Of a stretch of 64,000 bases of DNA, positions 31,398 through 41,035 are shown piece by piece. Numbering within the stretch: position 1 is the stretch's first letter; every line of letters starts with the position of its first letter. The notes beneath the pieces are model-generated. The model was not told where the DNA came from. It saw nothing but the letters and a program-made list of their open reading frames with translations, and did not search any database. The position numbers were made by a program, and so were the translations under genes. This stretch comes from Sphingorhabdus sp. (lineage in GTDB: Bacteria > Pseudomonadota > Alphaproteobacteria > Sphingomonadales > Sphingomonadaceae): contig JBEBKE010000001.1 in assembly GCA_040079555.1 (NCBI GenBank), positions 3,185 to 67,184 of the forward strand, in the 5' to 3' direction.

Positions 31398-32744
31398 TTA
31401 GCGTGCGGCGAGCTTAACCGCTTTACGTGGTTTCGCTTGTGCCATACGCACAGGAGCCGATGTTTCGCCGCCCGCCGAACGGACGATGCAATCGCCGCCC
31501 TTGGCTTTAATGGCCTGACATGCAGCAACCGCCGACGCTTTGTTGCCAAAGCCCATCGCCGCCAACCGTGTCAGCTTTTTGCCGTTGACCGTGACGGACG
31601 AGCTGGCCGATTCAAAGCCTTGCAAGACGCCGTATTTTGACTGAAGCTTGCCCCATGCTTCTTTGGCATTGGCGGACGACGAATAGGCGCCAAGCTGCAC
31701 CAAATGGGTACCGGCAACGGATTTCGTCGCAGCTGGACGGGTATCGGCCAAGGCAAGCTTTACCGGCGCTTTGACGGCGGCTTCTGCGGCTTTTGACGGA
31801 CCAACGGGTGCCTTAATCAACGGCGCTTCAAATGCTGGAGCAGCACTTGCCACTGCAACCTGAACGCTTTCTTCCGCACCGACACCAAAATCAACGGGTG
31901 CCGCACCAATCGCAGCGAGTTCACCAACGGGTTCGGCCATCGCAAAGGACGTTGCTTCCGGTGCAGCGACTGACGCCATCTGAACATCAGTTGATGCTGC
32001 GTTCAATGCCAGGCGGACAGGTTGACCTGTATCAGCCTGCGCCTTTACACCGAGCAACCCAGCAACGCGGACCTCATAGGCACCGGGCCGTGCATATTGC
32101 GCCCATTGGACGATCCGCTGGTCGACCACTGTCTGTGGCATATCTTGCGACGCCATAACCTGTGCTTCACGCCAGCGGTTATCGAGCGCATAGGCCAAAG
32201 CGAGATTTTGACGGGTCCGCGAAGTGGCGTTGTTTGAACGGATTGCGTCAACCAGCACGTCAACCGCGCGTTTATTGTCACCAGCCAATGCGAGCGCAAG
32301 ACCATAATCGCTTGCAGGCAGAATGGCGCGGTGCGCATCCACCAAAGAGATTGCGGATTCGACTTTGCCCTGCGCTGTTTTTGCCAAGGCTAGGCTGACA
32401 ATGGTACGCGGATCGGCTTGGCCGAGTTCGACAACATCCATCAATGTGCGTTCAGCGGCAACAAAGCGGCCCTGCTGCATGTAAATGCGGGCGAGCAACG
32501 CGCGATATTCGACATTGCGCAGTTCGCCCTCAACAGCGGCCTCGGCATAGGTCAACGCCTTATCGACCTGACCTTTCGCTAGCATCTTTTCAGATTTCTG
32601 GGCCCAAGCCAGCGCCTTTTTGGCCTGTGCGTCGGCAGAGACATTGGCAGATGCGCTGGACACACCCATTTGCGTGCAGCCGACACTCGGCACAGCAATG
32701 AACGCGGTCGAAATCGCAAGTTTAAAGAATAGCGTGTTGTTCAT
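31398..32744 (-). CDS. TPR + C-terminal SPOR domain exported protein (possible lipoprotein)
   Basis: SVGC lipobox-like, TPR helices (TRQNLALAYAL), SPOR VQLGAYSS...C..IK..GGDC. Confidence 0.88.
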   Translation of the reverse strand: MNNTLFFKLAISTAFIAVPSVGCTQMGVSSASANVSADAQAKKALAWAQKSEKMLAKGQVDKALTYAEAAVEGELRNVEYRALLARIYMQQGRFVAAERTLMDVVELGQADPRTIVSLALAKTAQGKVESAISLVDAHRAILPASDYGLALALAGDNKRAVDVLVDAIRSNNATSRTRQNLALAYALDNRWREAQVMASQDMPQTVVDQRIVQWAQYARPGAYEVRVAGLLGVKAQADTGQPVRLALNAASTDVQMASVAAPEATSFAMAEPVGELAAIGAAPVDFGVGAEESVQVAVASAAPAFEAPLIKAPVGPSKAAEAAVKAPVKLALADTRPAATKSVAGTHLVQLGAYSSSANAKEAWGKLQSKYGVLQGFESASSSVTVNGKKLTRLAAMGFGNKASAVAACQAIKAKGGDCIVRSAGGETSAPVRMAQAKPRKAVKLAAR

Positions 32745-32753
32745 GACAATACC

Positions 32754-33371
32754 TCAGTTTCGGTGACTGTTCTGGGATTTCTGGGGTGGAAGCTGCGCTG
32801 CAAGAGCACCAATTTCCGGCATAGATTCGATAAATGCGTCGAGTGCTGCGGTGACCAGCTGTTGCGCCGACCGGTTGCTAACGGCGCAGGCGAGACGCAG
32901 GCGCAGATGGCGGTCGCCGTCGAGGCGCAGTGTAAACGCCGACTTTGCTTTCATCCCAGGTTCGGCACGCGGCGTTTTCGCCTTTGGCGTAGCTGCGGCG
33001 ACTGCGACGGGCTTGGCCGTTACAATCGATACAACTGGTGCTGGCGGTGCGTCGTAATGCAGCGCTTCTGTTTGCTCGGCCTGAACATGCAATTGTTCCG
33101 CAATGCGGTCCTGCTGTGCCTTAACCTCTGGCTTAACCTCGGGAACGGCGGCGGCGAGCGGATTGTGACCTATTTCATGGTCATGATCCATTGGCGCATT
33201 GTGATCAGGATTAACGTCATATCCCATGTCGTTCCAACCAAGGTCGTCATGGACATTGGCGCTGGTTTCAACGGTTCCGTTGTTCATTTGACGCCGCATC
33301 GCTGGGCGTGCATCTCCCTTGCGGGCCAATAGACCCGATGACAAGGATGCGAATGGTTTGGCTTCTGCCAT
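32754..33371 (-). CDS. ParA partner with putative C-terminal ribbon-helix-helix
   Basis: N-terminal FASLSSGLLARKG peptide, disordered linker, AFTLRLD...LRLACA...SAQQLVTAALDAF. Confidence 0.75.
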   Translation of the reverse strand: MAEAKPFASLSSGLLARKGDARPAMRRQMNNGTVETSANVHDDLGWNDMGYDVNPDHNAPMDHDHEIGHNPLAAAVPEVKPEVKAQQDRIAEQLHVQAEQTEALHYDAPPAPVVSIVTAKPVAVAAATPKAKTPRAEPGMKAKSAFTLRLDGDRHLRLRLACAVSNRSAQQLVTAALDAFIESMPEIGALAAQLPPQKSQNSHRN

Positions 33372-33391
33372 GTTCATGCCCCCTCTTCGCT

Positions 33392-34111
33392 TTACCCGAT
33401 GACCCGGCGGCCAAAGCCACCCATCGGACGTGCTTGGGGAAGCTGCGGATTGGCCGCAGCGGCAGGGGCGCTGAACACTGTACGTCGGAAATTCTTTTCC
33501 AGCCGATCAGATATATAGGTCCACAAGGCTCGGATTTCGTTGGCGGAACGCCCGTTAGGATCAACTTCCATCACGGTGCGGCCATCGATCATCGATGCGG
33601 CAAAGTCGGTACGGTGATGCAATGTAATTGGAGCGACTGTTCCATGTTGTGACAAGGCAACGGCAGCTTCAGACGTAATCTTCGCTTTTGGCGTTGCACC
33701 GTTGACAACAAACAGTAATGGTTTGCCAGCACGCTCGCATAAGTCAACCGTTGCACCCACAGCGCGCAAATCATGCGGGCTTGGGCGGGTCGGGACGACA
33801 ATCAGTTCAGCGACTGAAATAACGCTCTGGATCGCCATCGTGATCGCAGGCGGCGTATCAATAACGGCCAGTTTGAAACCTTGTTGGCGCAGAACCGCAA
33901 GGTCGGATGCCAGTCGCGCCACAGTGGTTTGGGCAAAGGCCGGAAGGTCGGCGTCACGTTCGTTCCACCAATCGGCAAGCGACCCTTGCGGATCGATGTC
34001 GATCAATGCAACAGGGCCTGCGCCAGCCAATTGTGCCTGGACTGCCAAATGGCCGGACAATGTTGTTTTGCCCGATCCGCCTTTTTGTGATGCCAATGCG
34101 AGTACCCTCAC
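33392..34111 (-). CDS. ParA family ATPase (short type)
   Basis: Deviant Walker A QKGGSGKTT, DIDPQGS, IDTPP. Confidence 0.93.
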   Translation of the reverse strand: MRVLALASQKGGSGKTTLSGHLAVQAQLAGAGPVALIDIDPQGSLADWWNERDADLPAFAQTTVARLASDLAVLRQQGFKLAVIDTPPAITMAIQSVISVAELIVVPTRPSPHDLRAVGATVDLCERAGKPLLFVVNGATPKAKITSEAAVALSQHGTVAPITLHHRTDFAASMIDGRTVMEVDPNGRSANEIRALWTYISDRLEKNFRRTVFSAPAAAANPQLPQARPMGGFGRRVIG

Positions 34112-34160
34112 ATCATTCCCCTTTTGGTAAGCTGTTTGGAAGGGATGTGACAGAACAGGG

Positions 34161-34300
34161 CTAATAATCAGTTAACGGCGTTTGCGGTTTCTACTGATCA
34201 GCGCCCCCAAGACGCGCCTGCCATCTTAACCTCTGGAGCGCGTGAAAGCGGCGTATCTGCTATCTCTGATAGTTAAGCCGTTCATAAAATCTGTTTACCA
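34161..34300. promoter_or_regulatory. CtrA-like boxes in the divergent parA/SPOR promoter region
   Basis: CTAA-N7-TTAAC at 34161; TTAA-N7-ATAA-N7-TTACC at 34273. Confidence 0.5.
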
Positions 34301-34356
34301 AATTGCAGCAAGTCTATGTTATGGGCTGCATAACGATTATCCTTGGAGTTGGGTCG

Positions 34357-35376
34357 ATGAAGAAACTGGGTCTCGCCGCAAAAGCTGCCGTCATGGCGCT
34401 TTCGCTTACTGTGGCTGCGCAACCGTTGCTTGCTGACGTCAAAACGGGCGTCGATGCCTGGACGCGCGGTGAATATGACAAAGCGGTCAAGGAGTGGCGC
34501 GATCCAGCCCTTAAAGGCGATGCCGATGCGCAGTTCAACATGGGCCAAGCCTATAAACTGGGCCGCGGCGTTAAAACTGATTTGGATGTTGCCGCCGATT
34601 GGTATCTGCGCGCCGCCCGCCAAGGCCATATGCAAGCGTCTGACTCCTATGGCCATTTGCTGCACTATCGCGGCAAAGTGACCGAAGCGATGCCCTATCT
34701 GCAAGCATCCGCCGATCGCGGAGAGCCGCGCTCGCAATATTTGCTCGGAACAGAATTGTTTAACGGCACGAATGTCGGCAAGGATTGGGTGAAAGCCTAT
34801 GCGTATATGACGCGCGCGTCATCGTCCGGACTCGCCCCTGCCTCGCGCAGCCTTTCGCAAATGGATCAGTACATCCCGCTAGAACAGCGCCAACAAGGCG
34901 TTGCCTTGGCTGGCGATTTGGAGCGGCGCGCCGGCAAAACCCGCAGCGATCAGCTTGCCGGTTTTGATATCAATACAAAGCCACCCGCGCCAATTGCCAA
35001 GCCAGTGACCTTGCCGCCATCAAAGCCAACGCAAGACACCAGCCAGCCGGGATTCCCCGGCGAAGTGCCGCCATTGCCCGGTGAAAAGCCTTATCCGACT
35101 GTCAAACCAGCGCCGGTCACCAAGCCAGCGCCCGTGGCGACAAGCGGCAATTGGCGCATTCAACTGGGTGCGTTTGGCGATGAAAATAACGCGAAAAAAC
35201 TTTGGACGTCGCTTGAAGGCAAAATCGGCGATCTTGCGGGCCTAACGCCTTATTTGAAAGCCGCTGGCAATGTGACGCGCTTGCAAGCTGGTCCATTCGC
35301 CACGCGCAGCTCGGCAGAGGCTATGTGCGGCAAAGTTAAAGCAACGGGGCAAGCTTGTCTGGTGACCACGAACTAA
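34357..35376 (+). CDS. Sel1-repeat + SPOR domain exported protein
   Basis: Signal peptide, GDADAQFNMGQAYKLGRGV Sel1 repeats, Pro-rich linker, WRIQLGAF SPOR. Confidence 0.9.
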   Translation: MKKLGLAAKAAVMALSLTVAAQPLLADVKTGVDAWTRGEYDKAVKEWRDPALKGDADAQFNMGQAYKLGRGVKTDLDVAADWYLRAARQGHMQASDSYGHLLHYRGKVTEAMPYLQASADRGEPRSQYLLGTELFNGTNVGKDWVKAYAYMTRASSSGLAPASRSLSQMDQYIPLEQRQQGVALAGDLERRAGKTRSDQLAGFDINTKPPAPIAKPVTLPPSKPTQDTSQPGFPGEVPPLPGEKPYPTVKPAPVTKPAPVATSGNWRIQLGAFGDENNAKKLWTSLEGKIGDLAGLTPYLKAAGNVTRLQAGPFATRSSAEAMCGKVKATGQACLVTTN

Positions 35377-35891
35377 GGACAGAGCCGTTCTATGTCACGA
35401 CCCAGCGTCCGGCGGGCGCTGGCGTTGCCCGGCTCTGTGAAATAATAGGCCGTACCACTCATGCTGGCGCGCGCGGTGCAATAGCTAGCGCATCCTGCAG
35501 GAACCGATCCTGGAAAGCGCAGCTGAATACCGTCAAATTCGGCGTCAAAGCTGCATGTGTCCTTACCGCTGAGCGTGATCCGCACTTTTTCGTTTGAAAA
35601 TTCCGCACTGCCCTGCGCCTCGCATTTGCTGTCCGGGCCAAACACCGCGAGCATCCCAATATCAAAGCTGCCGCCGTCACCCACCGCACAGAATTTATCA
35701 ACGCCAAGGTCGCTGCGTGTTTCAAACCGCCCAGCCAACGCGCGGCCTTCGGGGTCGGGAAGCAGCCCTTTAGCAATCGCCTGCTCGTCCAATGCGCGGC
35801 TAGCATCCGTTTTCGGCGCCTGTTTGGTGTCGGTTTCGCCACATGCGCTCAGCACCAAAGCGAGCAACAGTATCGACCGCACGCGCATCAC
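35373..35891 (-). CDS. Hypothetical lipoprotein
   Basis: LSACG lipobox; Cys-rich body; coupled to hisI. Confidence 0.8.
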   Translation of the reverse strand: MMRVRSILLLALVLSACGETDTKQAPKTDASRALDEQAIAKGLLPDPEGRALAGRFETRSDLGVDKFCAVGDGGSFDIGMLAVFGPDSKCEAQGSAEFSNEKVRITLSGKDTCSFDAEFDGIQLRFPGSVPAGCASYCTARASMSGTAYYFTEPGNASARRTLGRDIERLCP

Positions 35892-36247
35892 AGCTGCTCC
35901 AGCCCGTCATTTGCAACGCGCCTGTAAAAACAGCTGCGCTCGCCAGTATGACAAGTCGGCCCATCGGGCTTTGCTACGATCCAGATCGCATCCTGATCGC
36001 AATCAATCCGCATCTCAACCACATGGAGGAAATGCCCGCTACTTTCGCCTTTTTGCCATAGCTTGCCGCGGCTTCGGGAATGGAAATGCACCGTTCCCGT
36101 ATTGCGCGTGGCGGCAAGCGCTTCGTCATCCATAAACCCGACCATCAATACCACGCCATCGGCGGCATCTGTCACCACCGCGCAAATCAGCCCATTGGCG
36201 TCATATTTCGGGTTCAGGTCCAGTCCGGTTTCGCGCGCTTTATCCAT
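35888..36247 (-). CDS. hisI: Phosphoribosyl-AMP cyclohydrolase
   Basis: SRSRGKLWQKGESSG, IDCDQD, TCHTGERSCF. Confidence 0.96.
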   Translation of the reverse strand: MDKARETGLDLNPKYDANGLICAVVTDAADGVVLMVGFMDDEALAATRNTGTVHFHSRSRGKLWQKGESSGHFLHVVEMRIDCDQDAIWIVAKPDGPTCHTGERSCFYRRVANDGLEQL

Positions 36248-36386
36248 CAGATGCTGCTAGCCGACCGACCGGCCTGAGGCAATGGACGCGTTTTTGTGAC
36301 GAAACGATAACAAAGGGCAGACAAAGCCGCCCCCCTCGCTTATAGGCGCAGCCATCACGCACGCGCAGATTCGGGACATCACGGCA

Positions 36387-37838
36387 ATGCTGACCACCAA
36401 TCCTTTTGATGACGACAAGCTGCGCGAAGAATGCGGCATTTTTGGCGTTTATGACACCGATGGCGCAGCCGCTATGGTTGCACTCGGCCTGCATGCTTTG
36501 CAGCATCGCGGACAAGAAGCTGCTGGCATCACCAGTTTTGACGGCACCGAATTCCACACCCACCGCGCGATGGGCCATGTCGCCGGCAATTTCGACCGCG
36601 AGGAAGTAATCGGCGGCTTGCGTGGCCGGATGGCGGCTGGGCATGTGCGTTATTCGACAACCGGTGAAACCTCGCTGCGCAATGTGCAGCCGCTCTATGC
36701 AGAACTGTCCACCGGTGGCTTTGCCGTTGCGCATAACGGAAACATCTCCAACGCAACCTATTTGCGGCGCGGTCTGGTTGGGCGCGGATCGATATTCCAG
36801 TCAACGTCCGACACCGAAGTCATCATCCATCTGGTCGCGACATCGGGCCAACGCGCTTTACTCGATCGGTTGATCGATGCGCTGCGCCAAGTCGAAGGCG
36901 CTTACTCGCTGATCTGTGTTACATCAGAGGGGCTGATTGCTTGCCGTGATCCATTGGGCATCCGGCCTTTGGTTATGGGAAAGCTTGGCGATTCGACGAT
37001 CTTCGCATCCGAAACGGTGGCACTCGATATCGTCGGCGCTGAATTTGTCCGTTCGGTTGAACCCGGCGAAATTATCATCGTCAACGAAAGCGGGATGAAA
37101 TCGCACAAGCCGTTTATGCGCGGCCAAGCGCGACCCTGCATCTTTGAGCATGTCTATTTTTCACGCCCCGATTCCATCGTCGACGGCAACAGCGTCTATT
37201 CAGTGCGCAAAGCCATTGGCGCAGAGCTAGCGCGCGAAAACGGCGTTGATGTCGACTATGTCATCCCCGTGCCAGACAGCGGCACACCTGCAGCATTGGG
37301 CTATGCAGAGGCATCGGGCATTCCGTTTGAGCTTGGCATCATCCGGTCACATTATGTGGGCCGCACCTTTATCCAACCCGGCGACGGCGTCCGTCATTTG
37401 GGCGTGAAGTTAAAACACAACGCAAACCGCAATCTGGTGGCGGGCAAGAAAATCGTTTTGATCGACGATTCGATCGTGCGCGGCACAACGTCGCTGAAAA
37501 TCGTTCAGATGATGCGCGAGGCGGGTGCGACCGAAGTGCATATGCGGATCGCCAGCCCGCCGACGATGAACAGCTGCTATTACGGCGTTGATACTCCAGA
37601 GCGAGATAAGCTGCTCGCCAGCAATATGAATATCGAGGAAATGCGGGAATTCATCCACGCCGACAGCCTCGCGTTTTTGACTATCGACGGTTTGTACCGC
37701 GCTTTGGGCGAAAACGGGCGCGATCCCGAACGCCCATCGCATTGCGATGCTTGCTTTACCGGCGACTATCCCACCAGCCTGACCGATCAAGACGAGGTTA
37801 TGTCCGCTGGTCAGTTGAAACTACACGCGGTCGGATAA
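36387..37838 (+). CDS. purF: Amidophosphoribosyltransferase
   Basis: EECGIFG, LQHRGQE, IDDSIVRGTT. Confidence 0.98.
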   Translation: MLTTNPFDDDKLREECGIFGVYDTDGAAAMVALGLHALQHRGQEAAGITSFDGTEFHTHRAMGHVAGNFDREEVIGGLRGRMAAGHVRYSTTGETSLRNVQPLYAELSTGGFAVAHNGNISNATYLRRGLVGRGSIFQSTSDTEVIIHLVATSGQRALLDRLIDALRQVEGAYSLICVTSEGLIACRDPLGIRPLVMGKLGDSTIFASETVALDIVGAEFVRSVEPGEIIIVNESGMKSHKPFMRGQARPCIFEHVYFSRPDSIVDGNSVYSVRKAIGAELARENGVDVDYVIPVPDSGTPAALGYAEASGIPFELGIIRSHYVGRTFIQPGDGVRHLGVKLKHNANRNLVAGKKIVLIDDSIVRGTTSLKIVQMMREAGATEVHMRIASPPTMNSCYYGVDTPERDKLLASNMNIEEMREFIHADSLAFLTIDGLYRALGENGRDPERPSHCDACFTGDYPTSLTDQDEVMSAGQLKLHAVG

Positions 37839-37841
37839 GTC

Positions 37842-38549
37842 ATGACGATATTTGCTGGACGAATCGCCCTTGTCACGGGCGCGAGCAGAGGCATTGGCGC
37901 AGCAATTGCCGAGAAACTGACTGCGGAAGGCGCGCATGTAATTTTGACCGCGCGCACTGCGAAAGACCTAGAAGCGGTTGAAGACCGAATTTTTGCAGCG
38001 GGCGGCAGCGCGACGATCGCGCCACTGGACCTGACCGAAACCGGGAGCATTGACCGGCTTGCGGCGGCGCTGCGCGAACGCTGGGGCAAAATCGATTATC
38101 TGGTGCTGAATGCCGCTATGCTTGGTACTTTGTCGCCAGTTCCGGTCATTGATGCTGCGGAATTCAATCGCGTTTTGACGCTGAACGTGCTGGCACAACA
38201 CGCGATGATCGCCTCGTTCGACGATCTGCTCCGCGCTAGCGAAGCCGGACGTTTAGTTGTGATGACCAGCAGCGTGGGCAGCAAACCGCGCGCCTATTGG
38301 GGCGCCTATGGCGCGTCGAAGGCAGCGCTCGAAAATCTGGCTTTAAGCTATGCCGAGGAAGTCCAGAACCTGTCACGAGTCAAAGTAGCGATTGTCGATC
38401 CCGGCAAAACGCGAACCAAAATGCGGGCATTAGCCTATCCCGGTGAAAATCCAGCTACGCTTAAAGAGCCAGCCATTGTTGGTGAGGCGATTGCCAAATT
38501 ACTTGCTGACGATTTTGATACCGGTACACGCCTCGCCATAGGCGAATAG
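37842..38549 (+). CDS. SDR family oxidoreductase (YciK-like)
   Basis: TGASRGIG, YGASK, PGKTRTKMRALAYPGE. Confidence 0.92.
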   Translation: MTIFAGRIALVTGASRGIGAAIAEKLTAEGAHVILTARTAKDLEAVEDRIFAAGGSATIAPLDLTETGSIDRLAAALRERWGKIDYLVLNAAMLGTLSPVPVIDAAEFNRVLTLNVLAQHAMIASFDDLLRASEAGRLVVMTSSVGSKPRAYWGAYGASKAALENLALSYAEEVQNLSRVKVAIVDPGKTRTKMRALAYPGENPATLKEPAIVGEAIAKLLADDFDTGTRLAIGE

Positions 38550-38553
38550 AGTG

Positions 38554-38631
38554 TAAAGAAGGCGGAAAGAAAATAAGATGGTAAGATGGTACGAATGCCC
38601 TTCCCACCTTCTTTCCTTTCCGCCTTCTTTA
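38554..38631. repeat. Long imperfect hairpin with 8-nt-period purine/pyrimidine arms
   Basis: TAAAGAAGGCGGAAAG... pairs with ...CTTTCCGCCTTCTTTA; about 28 of 32 positions complementary; between convergent genes. Confidence 0.8.
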
Positions 38632-38634
38632 TAA

Positions 38635-40017
38635 TTACTTCCCTTTGATTTTGGAATATCCCGACAAGGCCCGTTCACGCGCTTCTCGGTGGCCAACTAT
38701 CTTTTTGGGATAGGCTGATGGCCTCCGCCCAAACTCCTCCGGGTCATGAATATAGGGATTATCCAACGCCGCCAATTCAGGCACCCATTTGCGGATATAG
38801 TCGGTCGCATCGAACTTCTCAGACTGCGATAACGGCGCCATGATGCGGACGAACATATTGCTGTCCACGCCCGTCCCCGCCGTCCACTGCCAATTGGTCG
38901 CGTTGCTGCCATAATCGGCATCGACCAAAGTATCCCAAAACCATTGCTCACCCACGCGCCAGTCGATGAGTAAGTGTTTGATCAGAAACGACGCTGCGAT
39001 CATCCGCACGCGGTTGTGCATCCAGCCCGTCGCCCATAGTTCGCGCATTCCGGCGTCGACGATGGGGTAGCCGGTGCGGCCTTGCTGCCACGCCTTTAGT
39101 TCCGCCGCGACTACCGGGTCACCCACATCGCGCCACGAAAATGCATCAAACGCATCGCGTGCATTTTTGACACCATAATCCGGAAACTGCGTAATGACGT
39201 TCTGGCTATATTCGCGCCAAACGAGTTCTTTCAGAAACACCTCAACCGAACCACCCGCGCGCATCGCGGCGTGCCAGCATTGACTGGGCGTGATTTCACC
39301 GAAATGCAGATGGGGGGACAGAAAGCTGGTCCCTTTGACAGACGGGAAATTGCGGTCTTCATCATAGCGGTTGGCGCGTGGCAAAAAGTCTTCAAGCCTT
39401 TCTTGCGCGCTTGCTTCGCCCGGGGTCCACATACCGCGCATGCCGCCCGCCCAATCGGGTTTCGTCGGAAGCAAGCCCCAGTCGCTGAGTGCATCGCTGG
39501 CTGGCCATTTGTCCGGCGCGATTATACTTTCCGGCGCTACCAAAGGCGCAGGCGGCGGCATATGCGCCGATAGTGCTCGCCAAAAGGGCGTATAGATTTT
39601 GAAATCCCCGCCGCTGCCGGTTTTCACGCTGCCCATCGGCATCAGGTAATTGCCGTGATGGCGGACGAGATTGACGCGATCCTTTAACGTCCGCTCCGCA
39701 TTGCGCCACCAGGGTTCATAATGGCGAAGGCAATGCACCGCCGACGCGCCGGTTTCGGCAACCAAGGCGGGCAAGACATCGCACACATTTCCGCGCCGGA
39801 GGATCAACCGCGAACCGAGCTTTTGCAAATCCGCATCGAGCGCGGTCAGGCTATGATGCAGCCACCAGCGCGACGCGCCACCCATACGGCGATGCTTGGG
39901 TGTTTCATCGTCTAAAATAAAGACCGGGATGACGGCCTCGCCGCTTTCAACCGCCGCCAAAAGGGCGGCCTGATCGGCAAGGCGCAAGTCACGGCGGAAC
40001 CAGAGGATTTGGGTCAT
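38635..40017 (-). CDS. phrB: Deoxyribodipyrimidine photolyase (cryptochrome/photolyase family)
   Basis: WFRRDLRLAD, LSPHLHFGEI, TGYPIVDAGMREL, MHNRVRM. Confidence 0.93.
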   Translation of the reverse strand: MTQILWFRRDLRLADQAALLAAVESGEAVIPVFILDDETPKHRRMGGASRWWLHHSLTALDADLQKLGSRLILRRGNVCDVLPALVAETGASAVHCLRHYEPWWRNAERTLKDRVNLVRHHGNYLMPMGSVKTGSGGDFKIYTPFWRALSAHMPPPAPLVAPESIIAPDKWPASDALSDWGLLPTKPDWAGGMRGMWTPGEASAQERLEDFLPRANRYDEDRNFPSVKGTSFLSPHLHFGEITPSQCWHAAMRAGGSVEVFLKELVWREYSQNVITQFPDYGVKNARDAFDAFSWRDVGDPVVAAELKAWQQGRTGYPIVDAGMRELWATGWMHNRVRMIAASFLIKHLLIDWRVGEQWFWDTLVDADYGSNATNWQWTAGTGVDSNMFVRIMAPLSQSEKFDATDYIRKWVPELAALDNPYIHDPEEFGRRPSAYPKKIVGHREARERALSGYSKIKGK

Positions 40018-40060
40018 GATAACGCCTTAACCGGAGACATACGGTATAGGCAATGCAGGG

Positions 40061-41032
40061 TTACCGCGCCGGGATCTCGGTCGGCACGGGAATCCGTAAC
40101 AAAAAGCGGTCGCCTATACGCGGGTCCATAAAACGCTGATCCCGGATGATCAGCGCATCGTCCTGTTGTTCCAGAACCGGCATCCGCGACCAAAACAGAA
40201 AGGCCGCAGCATCGCTACCCGGGTCCGCAACAACGCGGAATGGCATCGTACGGCTGGCTGCCCCTTGCCCCATATTGTGCGGGCGAACCTCGCCCAATAA
40301 AACAGGGCCAGTCCCAAGGCTGTAAGAACCAGAGCCATAATCCTGCTCGTCCCGCCAAACGATCTCGCGTTGCCAAAAGGCGATGGGAACCGGGTTGGCG
40401 ACGACCTCCGGTTCGAGCATGGATGCGGTTGGATCGTAACGTGCGATGATCTGATCGCGCGCCATCGATTCCGCCTGCCCGGTGATCATGCCATTGGCAA
40501 AAATATAACTGCACACCGCGAAAAAGCCCAAAACGGCCGGACGACGCCAGTTCGTGTTGCCCCGTTTTTCGCGGCGGAGCGAAATCCACACACCGGCGAT
40601 CAGGGCTGCCCATATCCAAAGATCGATGATGAAAATACTGTCGCCATAAAACCATTGGCTGGAAAAGGGCTCCAGCAAACGGACGCCATAATTGTTCAGC
40701 CAATCCAGCGCCGGATGGCTAAGCGTGCCGATATAGGCCAGCGCCAGCAGCCAGCCCTTATGTACCGGCAGGCGCTTTTCACTGGGCCGCCATTTGTCCC
40801 ATGCCAGCATTGCCGCCCATAACAACACCGGCAGCAAGACCATCGCAATCGGCCCATGCGTCAACCCGCGCCGCAACGCCAAATGCTGATGCCCGCCGAG
40901 CAACACCGCGACCGCATCAATATCGGGGATATTGGCCGCGATGATGAGGGTCGGCATAGCAAGGCCGGTTTTCGTCTTCAGCCCCATTTGGCCAAGGATT
41001 GCCCCGGCAAGGGAGTGGGTTAGGTTATCCAT
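40061..41032 (-). CDS. Membrane-bound metal-dependent hydrolase (YdjM-like)
   Basis: MDNLTHSL, NIPDID, RGLTH, SHPALDWLNNYG. Confidence 0.9.
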   Translation of the reverse strand: MDNLTHSLAGAILGQMGLKTKTGLAMPTLIIAANIPDIDAVAVLLGGHQHLALRRGLTHGPIAMVLLPVLLWAAMLAWDKWRPSEKRLPVHKGWLLALAYIGTLSHPALDWLNNYGVRLLEPFSSQWFYGDSIFIIDLWIWAALIAGVWISLRREKRGNTNWRRPAVLGFFAVCSYIFANGMITGQAESMARDQIIARYDPTASMLEPEVVANPVPIAFWQREIVWRDEQDYGSGSYSLGTGPVLLGEVRPHNMGQGAASRTMPFRVVADPGSDAAAFLFWSRMPVLEQQDDALIIRDQRFMDPRIGDRFLLRIPVPTEIPAR

Positions 41033-41035
41033 TTT

